Assembly (NCBI GenBank): GCA_030770535.1
Contig: JASVEC010000015.1
Span: forward strand, 868,001 to 932,000
Direction of reading: 5' to 3'
DNA from: Batkoa obscura
Taxonomy: Eukaryota
DNA: 64,000 nt
Below, piece after piece: positions 24,728 through 35,674 of this stretch. Under the pieces are notes generated by a model. It was given only the letters and a program-made list of their open reading frames with translations, searched no databases and was not told the DNA's origin. The stretch's first letter is position 1, and the number at the start of each line of letters is the position of its first letter. The position numbers and the translations under genes were made by a program.

Positions 24728-25942
24728 ATGCAATCAACAGTCACCTCTTTAAACAAAAGTAAATACTTTATCCAAAATTTTCAATAAAATTTAAATATAT
24801 ATTAAAAAGCTCCATACCTATCCAGTCCCAGCTGGTTAAACAATAACTTAGACAAAGTAGTACCGGTCGATGCATCATGGTATATGCCAAATAGTCCACG
24901 AAATGGAAAAGAAGAATACAAAGCGAAAAGAATTAAAGTAAGCTCGATTGTCCTTTATCAATATATAAAGACTAAAAAAAGATAGAATGCACGATTTTTT
25001 GATCTTGGTGAATGTAGGGATAAAGCAAGTGAATATCCACATATGTTACCAAATCCTAAAGCGTTTGCTAACTATATGAGTAAGTTGCTTTAACTTCATT
25101 TTTACTGGACGTCAATTAAATTTTTTAAATAGATAAATTAAATATCAGTAACGCTGATCATATTGTAGTTTATGATGCTTCTGGTATCTTTTCTAGTTGT
25201 CGAGTATTTTGGATGTTGAAAGTAACTTAATATAAAATACCTTCTTTTATATACTTATTCTATTATCTAGGTTTTTGGGCATGAAAAGGTGTCCTTATTA
25301 AATGGTGGTTTACCCAGATGGCTTGATGAAGGATATAATAACGATATTACAGATATTGAATTTGATAGTGATTTTAATGTAATAGTTCAATACGTTCTAA
25401 ATTGCGCTACTTACTATCTATTAGAGCTATCCAATACCAAGTATTAATAGGGATTTGATTAAAGATTATAATCAAATAAATGAGCTAATTTGTTCAAATA
25501 ATTCATATAATATTTTAGATGCTAGACCAAAAGATAAGTAAAATAAATAGAAGTTGTTGATTTTATATGACTAAGCTATTTATTAGATTTAACTGTGGAC
25601 ATATGCCAAATTCAATCAACTTGCCATTTGGTGAATTGTTAACTAATCAACGATTCAAAGATAAAACTCAATTAAATGAGTTATTTAATCATTTAAATAT
25701 GAAAAAAGACCTCCCAATCATTACTTCTTGTGGTAATATTACTCCAAAATTGAAGAGTTCCAAATTAATGACTTATTTTAGGTTCTGGGGTAACTGCGTG
25801 TATCTTATATTTTGGTTTAAAATATGCTCGATTTTATAATGAAGATGAAACACCACAAAGTATTAATGATCATATGATATCTGTTTATGATGGTTCTTGG
25901 TCTGAGTATGCTGCAAGAAAAGACTCTATTATCACTAAATAA
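24728..25942 (+). CDS. Sulfurtransferase copy 2 with an in-frame 11-codon deletion
   Basis: Same exon layout as copy 1, but DARPKDK-F-NCGHMP replaces DARPKDR-FDGKVPEPRAGL-NSGHMP; CGSGVTAC retained; TAA at 25940-25942. Confidence 0.8.
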
Positions 25943-25998
25943 AAAAACAAGAATTAAATCATATTGGTTACATTCATTTTTTTATTTTACATATTAAC

Positions 25999-26598
25999 TT
26001 AAAGTATTAGTCCAGGTTTTATATTATCAACTACCCCATCGCCTACTAGATACTGAGAAATTGCTAATCCTAACTCAAAACAAGCACCTGGTCCAGCACT
26101 AAATGAATTTTAATTAGATATTATGAATATCGATTACTAATCCTACCCTGTAATAAGATTATCTTGCTTAACTACTTTCTCTTCCTTATAATTATAATTT
26201 GTCATGGATTGTTTAACAGTAGGATGACAAGTTAAATTGAACCCAGCAGCAACTTTAGCTTCCTTGAGAACCGTCGGGCCTGCACAAACAGCCGCTACTA
26301 ACTTATTACTTTCAAAAAATTGACGAACTAATTGTAAAACTTTATCATTTTTTGCTAAATTTTCACTGCCCTTAGCACCACCTGGAATAAAACATCCGTC
26401 AAATTCAGTTACATCAATATTGCTATTAGTTGTATCGGGTATCAATTTTATCCCTCGGCTGCAAACAGCATGGCTTTCAACGTTGATTCCAAGTATAGTT
26501 ACTTGAATTCCAGCTCGGATCAAAATATCAGATACAATTACTACTTCCATTTCTTCACTGCCATGGGCTAAAAATACCAATACTTTTTTAGTACTCAT
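25999..26598 (-). CDS. DJ-1/ThiJ/PfpI family protein (DJ-1 type), 2 exons
   Basis: GSEEMEV (Glu), FIPGG, AAVCAGP (nucleophile Cys); exon 2 encodes GAGPGACFELGLAI. Confidence 0.92.
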
Positions 26599-29024
26599 TT
26601 GGTTTGTGTATTTGATAACTAGATAAAGATAAATTTGATTATTTGAAAACTAACAACTTTGATAACTTTTCAATTGAAATATGACGTAAGCTTAAAGTAA
26701 TCAATTTATAAAATTTAGATTTTTACTACTTTAAATGAATAAATTATTTTGAAAATAATCTTATTTAAATTTAAAATTTTATTAGATTAGCTTATCTTTA
26801 TTATTTAAAAAGTATATCATTACCAATAATAAATTGTAAAGTAATAATAAGCGAAGCTTAAAACTTTTATGTATATTTCGTTAAATTAATAAAAAAAACT
26901 TATGTTTATTTGCACCAAATTTAAACCTCCCCATTCCTTCATTGAAGTTTTTCGAGTGTTAAATTAAATTGCACACTAGAAAGTTAAATTTTGTGTAATT
27001 TATGAAAGGTTTTTGTACATGAACTATAAAATCTATTATGAAAAGTATAATCCCTACATATTATTTTATGGCTTGACTCACGTTTAAGTTTTGTAGTATT
27101 TTAAAATACTTACTACCTTAAATTTACTTTAAGTGCTACTACTTTGTTGTACATCCATGTTGACAGTTACATAAAAATAAAAATAATTGGACACACAACC
27201 CATTCCACGCTAAAATTATAATGTTGATTACCTAACTCAAAAAATTAAAAAAAATATTACATAGACAAAATTTGAAATAGTAAACTACTAGCTTATTTAT
27301 TAATTTAAAAAAACATTAACCCATTTTAATGCTTGTATTATAAGAAACTATTTGTATGCTTTTTTCACCTATAATATAAATGGTCTATAACTATCTAGAC
27401 TATTCCTTGATATTACTAATAATATTAATAATTAAATGTATTCTTATAGCTTTATCTGTTAGTAATAACTTATTAAAAAATTCATTATTCATACAAATAA
27501 AATAAGTAAATCAGTGTAAAATAGGGGATAAATCAAATTAAACTATAAAAAGTAACTAAAATAGTCACGATAATAATTCTGTTTAATACTATTATTTATG
27601 TTATAGTTGATTAAAACCCTTTGATGTAGAAAAAAGGAGTGGTAGTAATATGTGATAGACAGTTTATTCTAATTTTTATGATAAAAATAAACTTTAAAAC
27701 AATAATAAAACAGTGAGACATTCATAATTCCATTACTTCTGCAATTTCAGTAATAATGATAAAAAAATTAAAGATTAGTGATGTTTATATTATAGACGAA
27801 TTATAAGGGATTAGAAGAGGTATTATAAATAGCTACAAATAAAAACGTGTAAAATAAAACACACCATTAACTATACGATTCTTTTATAAAATTGAGCTTA
27901 AGAATATTATAAAGTTTCCAACTTTAAACTGGGATCTGAGGTCATAATTTAAATTCAAATTTGTTTCTTTCCTTTTAACATCAATCTCGCAATAATAAAA
28001 CTCCTACAAATAGGTTTGATACCAATATATGAATAAATAAAGGTGAAAAGAATGCTGATTTTTGGTGGTTATTAGCTACAAACTTTACAACAAATCTCTT
28101 GTTTTTATCTTAATAGTGAAGATTAATCCACAGAATATAGTCCATATTCATTATGGGTTCTAAAACGCGATAAGGGGTTTTCCAACAATAATTAAAAAAT
28201 GTTTAATAAAAAAATAAGAATAAAAGTATCCTAGGGGTTAAATAGTTTAAAAGTAAATAAACAATGTGATATGTATATTACCATAGAACAATTATGTAAT
28301 GGTATATTTTTAACATTCAACGAATTGATTTCTAATATTATTCTTTGTAGACAACTAAGTCAGATATTTCTCCAGTTACTATTCTATCGCTGACCCCTGC
28401 TCTAAATTTAAAATAAATTAACTTTGCTCAAATTATTCAATTCTGGAACTAAATCCCAAGTAATCTTAACTCTATTTATTGCCCAAAAATTAAAGCTACT
28501 CCAAGTCTAATAGATCACTTAAACATCAAACTATTTTTAAAAATGTATAACGTCCATTGAATATTAGTATAAAATATTAAGGGATAAAAGGAGCAAGGTT
28601 AACTCCATTAAAACTAGTAAAAATGGATCAGATCCCCTAAATCAATTAATGAAGCTGATAATGAATTTGAAAGTTCTATTAAAGTAGAAGCTTATCAAAG
28701 GTAATTTTGATCAAATTTATGTCATCTTTAGATTAAGTTAGACAGGCTCTTATTAAAAGTTAAAAAATTAAAAAAAGCTCTGGAATAGAAAATTCTATAA
28801 AAGGAAAAATGATTAAGCCGATTTCAAAGTAGAAAGAGTACCAAATAATCATTATCATAACACAGTAGATAAAAAAAGTATAAAAAGACAGAAAAGAATC
28901 TTTTAATAAATAAGTTTAATAATTCAGTAATTCTTAATTGACTAAATTAATTTGAGTATTGAACATATCAACATTTTAATGTAAACATATCTTATTAATT
29001 TAAGATAAACACAACTATATTAAA

Positions 29025-29558
29025 ATGTTAGGTCAATATAACGAAAAGAGAAAAAATAATGGGTTTAGGGATAACTCAAGAGTATACAAACAACACTTAG
29101 ATGGCCGCCGTCAGTATAAACTCAAGATAATACTAGCAACTGTATGTTTAATTGTAGCTATTGGTGGCACAGTAGCAGCCATGTTAGTAACCGAGATATG
29201 GTCCTTAGCAGCCATCATTGGCTTTTCAGTGGGGGTTTATTTCATTACCATCTTATATTTAGTAAAGACTTTTAATTATAAGATAAAAAAGAGAGGTCCT
29301 ATGTATTCTGCAGAAATCCTTAATAACCCAAACCGTTCCTCTATTCCACCACCACCAAGCTATCCACCACCTACATTAGCCAAATGTCGTTACTCAGAAG
29401 AAGGACAAAGGGCTAGCATGATGCAATGGGTTAAAATCGAAACCTTTAAATTAGAAATGGGAAACAACGAAAACTATGCTACTTTATTAGACGATGGTTA
29501 TTCCTTTGATTCTGAAACAATGGGACCCAATACATGCGAAAGTGTTTATAGCAATTAA
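29025..29558 (+). CDS. Small two-TM membrane protein with a PPxY (PY) motif
   Basis: Two hydrophobic helices followed by PPPPSYPPP; TATAAAA about 145 bp upstream. Confidence 0.7.
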   Translation: MLGQYNEKRKNNGFRDNSRVYKQHLDGRRQYKLKIILATVCLIVAIGGTVAAMLVTEIWSLAAIIGFSVGVYFITILYLVKTFNYKIKKRGPMYSAEILNNPNRSSIPPPPSYPPPTLAKCRYSEEGQRASMMQWVKIETFKLEMGNNENYATLLDDGYSFDSETMGPNTCESVYSN

Positions 29559-29574
29559 TTTAAATCAAAAGTTG

Positions 29575-29576
<2 letters not shown>

Positions 29577-29616
<40 letters not shown>
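29577..29616. repeat. (AAT)n microsatellite in the 3' region
   Basis: About 13 perfect AAT units. Confidence 0.9.
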
Positions 29617-29617
<1 letters not shown>

Positions 29618-31659
29618 TCCATCATCTCCTTAAATAAAACATATTGTATTGTGAGCTTACTTCTATTTCTATTAATACATTTGTAGCGTTTTATTTATCA
29701 TATTGTTTACTATTGATACTTGAATAGTTCGAGGGTGATTATAAATTATAGTCTCAAATAAGCATAGATCTAGAGTAAATTCGGATTTAACCGGTCCAAT
29801 AAAGTCATTTAAATTTAGTTTTGATAAATCAAATAATTAGTTGATATTACAAGGATCAAATAAATTTAAAGTTTAGCAATAATATAAATTAAAGGTTAAA
29901 GAATACGAGTAGGCGATTAATGAGTGGTTAGCTTTAATTAGGTTTTGGTAGCTTTAATTGATAGAGGTGTAAAAGGAGATTATAGCCTGTAGATAATAAA
30001 TTTTTAAAGAATAATTATCGCGGATGAAATTATAATATAGTGATATTTTAAAGAGCTCATAGCTACTCTTTTTCAAACCAAAATGGTTGTATTTGATTGT
30101 TTTTTAGAGTAAAAGCTAAATTTAAAATCAGACTATTTCAATTGTTCTTTTTACTTAACAAAACAAATTACTAATTTTTTCAAACTATTATAAATTAGTG
30201 TAAAAACACTTTAGGTATTTTCGCCCAGCATCCAAAAGTTAAAGAAAATGATAGCTTTATTGCTTCACAGTCAGTACCCTTATTACAGAATATCCCATTT
30301 TATAATTTGTAACCTGAATTTCAAAATTAAGGCGAGATAACAGAAGGTTTGCAGTCTCTATTTAACATTTAAGAACATCGAGGGATAAGATAAAACTTAC
30401 AATATCATTGTTAGTAAGTATTAGCAAAACTCATGGTTTTTAAATAATAAATTTTTAAATGAAACTCAAATTTTGTGCAGCAGGTAAGGAACGCAGCATT
30501 GAAATTAGAAAGCGGATGTATATATAAGGTAAATGGATGAGTCGTAGGCAATTACGGGTTTAAAAACTTGCTTTGTTGAGAATTGAGTTTTAAGGATCAA
30601 ATATTAGACTTTATCTTAATTATTTGAAAGCAGGGATAGTTTTGATTCTAGCAGTAGTTTGATTTCATTAGAAGCCTATTTAAAGAAAAAAAAATTAGAA
30701 GATACTAATAAAAAATAGTTCATACCATTATATATTGTATTTGATAGTTCATTATATTACTAAGTTATTAACTGGTCCATTTTTAAATATTTAAATAAAG
30801 TAACTTGAAAACATAATTTAACTTAATCATGTGGATATTTTAGTCATTTAAATGCGCAACTACTATGTAGAAAATACGAGTTATTGAATACTAGTTTAAT
30901 GCGAGTTATCCTTTATGATTACCAAATAAGACAGCAAATAATTTTTGTACAAGAATTATAATTAAAGTTAAATTTTAAGAGTTGGAATAGTGGTTATAAT
31001 TAGGCTACAATTACCTATATATCATATATAGAATATTTAACCATAGCGATAAGATTTAAATTTTACTCTATTTTTTTAATAGTATATAATGTAAAATATG
31101 CATTATTCAAGTACATGTATGTTGAGGTGTCTCTAGCTTCATATATTTTCCCACTCTTAACCATTGTTAAGTGGAAACGTTATTAAACATTTAAACAAAA
31201 AAGACATGTCCATATTTAATCTAATGGTATCAAGGTTTTATTCAAAAAATAACGCGTAGGCATACCTATAAATATAGTACTTGTTTTGTTAAAATACTGT
31301 AGTACTTTACTTTTTTTAAAAATTTTTAAAAAATATTATAAGGTTGCAATACAATAATAAAGCAACTAATATTGTTATATCAAACAAAAAAACATAAAAT
31401 AAATTTCCAAGTAATGTCATTTTATTAGCATATATATTTAAAGTTAATACTATCTAAATGAAATGTTTTAAACAATATAATTTTTAATTAGTATAATAAA
31501 AAACAAGTATTCGAGCTAATATAATGTAATATTAAATAATTTTAAATTAAAATCTAATAATATAATATTTTGCTTTTTAAATCATCAAAATTTATTGTTG
31601 CTTATTTAAAATAAAACAAAACAATTTTATAGTTAAAAATAAAGTAAAAATTATTAAAT

Positions 31660-34123
31660 GGGGTTGTCTGAATTAGTTTCATTATTTTATCCAATTTTAA
31701 AAAAATTTGTATTTTAAAAACTTCGCTTAAAATTCTATAAAATCACATCTTTTATTAAAACAAAAGTACCCAAACACAGTTCTAAACCATTATATTATAG
31801 CTCATACTGTAAGTTAGTTGAATTTCTACTAGATCTTAAATACATGTTCTTATAAAGCTTAATTGAGAAATATTTATTATCAACTGCTTTATAACCAACA
31901 TTGTAGATTTATTATCAAATAAATAAACTACTTTAATGTTATAATTACATTATTAATATATTGCCAAGTTAATAAATAGCTGCATGGGAGGGAGTGGTCA
32001 GCCCCAAAACTATAATTGACCATCCCTATATAGTACAAGTAATAATAGTTTTTACATATTATTACAGTTACTTGTTCTTTGACTATTTATTAACTTAGCT
32101 ATTAATAACTTAAGTAATCCTAACATTTAACAATCTATTTCTATCATTCAACAAACTACTTACTTGCTTAGTAAATATCGAAATTTTTAAATTCTCTGTT
32201 ATCTTCGTAAGGTAAGCTGGGATCGATCTTTTAATTTTTCTGTTTTCTATAGACTCTATAACTTTAATTGGGACTATATCGCTTTTTTTTGATGTATCAG
32301 ATACTGGATAACAATGTAGTTTATTGTTATGTTTAATAAAGTGTAAATACTTCTTAATGCCCTGCATCTCTATTATTCTTTTTGTATTTTTGTTTCTTTT
32401 ATACTTTTTAAAAATTATATCTGTTTTCCCATTATTAACAGTCGAGTTATTAATTTTATTATGCTCACAAATAAAAGCCTCAAATCTTGAAATTAATTGA
32501 TCGATATCTTCTATTTTACCTAACGCTTCAAAACTACTTTTCCATTTTGAAAGGTTTCCAAAATGTCCATCAACTATACTTTTTCCATGATGCTCAGCAA
32601 AAAAATTAAGATTAACATTCAAACTACTATTTATTTTATGAATTTCTTTAAACATATAATGTAAGAACTCTTGGGATCTAAAATGATTTCCTGTATCTGC
32701 CCATATATTAATTTTTGTAAACTTTTTAAATAGAAGCTCTGTAGAGATTAAATCGATTAAACAATCTCCTGCATATGCTGAATCATGATTCAATATTTCA
32801 GATAAATAATCAAAGTAAACTTTGCCTATTGTTTTATCATCTTTTAAATATAATACACCAAAGCCTAATACTGATATAGCTTGTTTATTATAATGATCTA
32901 GATTTATTGAATCTGGTCTTGTCCCTATTTCCATATTTTGTTTAAAATCTAAAACTATTATACAACTTTTGTTATTTAATTTTTTGATAGTTTCATTAAA
33001 TGTGTTTTTTTGAGTATCAACACAGAATTTATGTAATTTGTATAACTTTTCTTCTTCGTTGAAAATTTCTTCTATCTCTGTTTTGTTTTTTGCTGTATTT
33101 ATTTTATTTTCAAATAACTTTTTCCTAACTGTATACTGGGTACATATATTACATAGATCCGTTTTTCTTGCTGGATTTTTGAAATTACTTGGTATATATT
33201 TAAAGAACGTTGACCTAGCTACTGCTTTATCTCTTAGATCATTCAAATATTTACTATATATCATTCTTCTACTTTTATTTAATATATATATATTATCTGA
33301 TGAATATTTACTATCGTTATTTTTTTTATTAAATCTTGATGAAATAGTTGAATCATTTAGTAAATATTGTATGATAGTTTCAATTTGGTCATCTTTAATT
33401 TTTTTTGTATTTTTAATAATAGGTTTTAATGTTGATATTTTATTATTATTACTTGTTTTTGAATAATCATATTGATTTCTATTTATATTAAACCCAAAAC
33501 TCTTACATTCATCAAAAGAATATACTGAAGCTATAGTTGATAATAACGCTACTTGCTGACTTTTGTTTCCTGTTTCCCTTAAAGCACTAATTTTATACAT
33601 TACTTGATTAAGTTTATTATTATCGATAGTAAACTTTGATAATATATCTTTTCTTTGTTTTGTTTTATTATAAAATTCCATGAACCTTGGGTTGTTATAA
33701 GTAGCTTTTAAAATTGATGTAAATGAATTACAATGTTTATATTGTGTACTCCTCCCTATTGTATTGAAGTTTTCAAAAATTCCATTTCGAAGTTTAGTTA
33801 TGAAAGTTTGCATTTTATTTTTATTTCAACAAAAAATAAAGTCAAATAAAGTCAAATAACTGTGTTTATATAATTATGTATTTATATAATTATATAATCA
33901 TATAGTTATATATTATATATCTGTTAAATATCTAACAGAACTAACATAAAATATATAGTTAGGAAAATTAGCTATTTAAGAAAAGGAAACAATTAAAATA
34001 AGTTTTAAATAGAGACATTTAATTTTAGGCTTTTTAGATTTAACCGTTATATTGAACACAAACTTGGAATTTTAAATTTGGATTAATTTCTAAGTAGATT
34101 CTGAAACCAATTAGGACAGCCCC
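31660..34123 (-). mobile_element. Putative autonomous Sola-superfamily-like DNA transposon, 2,464 bp
   Basis: TIRs GGGGTTGTCTGAATTAGTTTC and (rc) GGGGCTGTCCTAATTGGTTTC (17/21); AAAT directly repeated at 31656-31659 and 34124-34127; encloses one long ORF. Confidence 0.88.
32110..33813 (-). CDS. DDD-type transposase (Sola-like), 567 aa, intronless
   Basis: RKTDLCNIC (CxxC), VLDFKQN (D1), IWADTGNHFRS (D2), NFFAEHHGKSIVDGHFG (D3, 41 residues after D2). Confidence 0.85.
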   Translation of the reverse strand: MQTFITKLRNGIFENFNTIGRSTQYKHCNSFTSILKATYNNPRFMEFYNKTKQRKDILSKFTIDNNKLNQVMYKISALRETGNKSQQVALLSTIASVYSFDECKSFGFNINRNQYDYSKTSNNNKISTLKPIIKNTKKIKDDQIETIIQYLLNDSTISSRFNKKNNDSKYSSDNIYILNKSRRMIYSKYLNDLRDKAVARSTFFKYIPSNFKNPARKTDLCNICTQYTVRKKLFENKINTAKNKTEIEEIFNEEEKLYKLHKFCVDTQKNTFNETIKKLNNKSCIIVLDFKQNMEIGTRPDSINLDHYNKQAISVLGFGVLYLKDDKTIGKVYFDYLSEILNHDSAYAGDCLIDLISTELLFKKFTKINIWADTGNHFRSQEFLHYMFKEIHKINSSLNVNLNFFAEHHGKSIVDGHFGNLSKWKSSFEALGKIEDIDQLISRFEAFICEHNKINNSTVNNGKTDIIFKKYKRNKNTKRIIEMQGIKKYLHFIKHNNKLHCYPVSDTSKKSDIVPIKVIESIENRKIKRSIPAYLTKITENLKISIFTKQVSSLLNDRNRLLNVRIT

Positions 34124-34211
34124 AAATATTAAAAAAACGTTTTTATAAAATTTAACTATTATACCAAAGTATCAAATATGTTAACTCTATTTTATGGTAT
34201 TTTAAGCATTT

Positions 34212-34310
34212 GAGAGTGTTTTTTTGGCTTCATCACTTTTTCTTACCTTTTAAGCGTTATCTAAGTGGAAAAATTACTAGTAAAATTGTTAAATCTAGAA
34301 ATATATTCCC
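34212..34310 (+). mobile_element. MITE family A, copy 4 (99 bp)
   Basis: GAGAGTG...TATTCCC ends, conserved core, non-palindromic ATTT on both flanks. Confidence 0.85.
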
Positions 34311-34408
34311 ATTTGTATCATTTTTAAATTTAATATCATATTTAATACTATTAGAATTTTGTACTAAAAAATATTTATATACTATAAAAAGAGCTATAAT
34401 TTTATCTT

Positions 34409-34480
34409 GGGCGTATAGCTCAGTGGTAGAGCAATCGACTGCAGATCGATAGGTCCCTGGTTCAAATCCGGGTGCGCCCT
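34409..34480 (+). tRNA. tRNA-Cys (anticodon GCA)
   Basis: GGGCGTA/TGCGCCC acceptor, ATCGA-CTGCAGA-TCGAT anticodon arm, TTCAAAT T-loop. Confidence 0.97.
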
Positions 34481-34932
34481 TGTTTTTACTAAACGAACTT
34501 GAGGTGTAAAGATAGATTGTTTTTTTGGCTGAATCTTAAGTAATTGTATCTTGTGAGTTCAAGGATGACATCTCCTTGGTTGTCATTGATTTGAGGGGAG
34601 CTCAGTTATTCAATAAATTGAATTTCCATGGTTATTTTTTCTTGAGGAAATCAGGTAAAATTTCCCTGTGTAAATATTGAGTCAAATTTTTAAAACTAGA
34701 ATCAAATATTAACAATGTTACATTTTTAAAATGTCTAATTAAATAAAATAAAAAATAAACCATTATATATGAAATTGTCTCAAGCTATTCAAAATAAATT
34801 AGCTATTAAAAAATAAACAAGATGTCGAGTCAATAATTGTTAACTCAAGCCATTGAATTATTTACGAACCAAAAGTAAGCTTAAACCTTAATCGCTCAAA
34901 AAAAGTTAACAATTTAACTATTGGAAATAGAT

Positions 34933-35031
34933 GGGGATGTATCTTTGTGCCTAAGAGTTTTACTAACAAATTTTCCGCTTAAATAGCGCTTAAAAAATGG
35001 AAAAAATAATGAAGTCAAAAAAAATATTACC
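34933..35031 (-). mobile_element. MITE family A, copy 5 (99 bp)
   Basis: GGGGATG...TATTACC ends, reverse core, non-palindromic AGAT on both flanks. Confidence 0.88.
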
Positions 35032-35674
35032 AGATTTTATTCAAAAAAAATGGTGTAGGAAAACTAAAAATTAGACCTAAGTAAACGACTAAAAATTGTC
35101 TACTTTATAGTCAAAAAAAGTGCTTAGCAATCATTTGAGGTTAAGCTTAAATTTAATGGCTCAAAAAGATTTTCATGGACAAAAAGCAGTCTACATTTGT
35201 CTCAAGTCTATTTATTTTTCAAAAAGATATCCAGTAATAGGTATTTTTTAAGCAATGGACTGCTTTTGACTGATATAATTAGAAATTAATTTTTTATCTT
35301 AATATGATCAACTTAGTGAAGCTTTATAAACAACCAATAGATATAGAGTTTATGATGCTAACTTTGTATGTAACGTTCATATTTGTTATCTAATAATATT
35401 TTGAAACAACTATGAATTGAGCAAAAAATTTTCAGAATGATAGCGCGTTTACATTAGCTGAAGTGATTGGCTCTTATCTAATTTTCATCATTCTATTTAG
35501 TCTTAGTGATATTTTTATTTGATCAAAAGTTGGATCTTGTTTGATTGGTTGTAGAGGCTATAATGGCGTTTTCTATCAATATAATTGGTTAATATTTAGT
35601 TTAGTGATGATTGGATTATAAGCTTATAAGTCATTCATGGAATAAAGTAATTTTCTTTTAAATAAGTCGCAAAA

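Noticed and set aside
33038..33466. 142-aa hydrophobic antisense ORF inside the transposase
   Set aside because: Shadow of a Lys/Asn-rich sense frame with a non-ATG start.
35100..35272. Short inverted match AAAAGCAGTC/GACTGCTTTT
   Set aside because: Only about 10 bp, with no definable termini or TSD.
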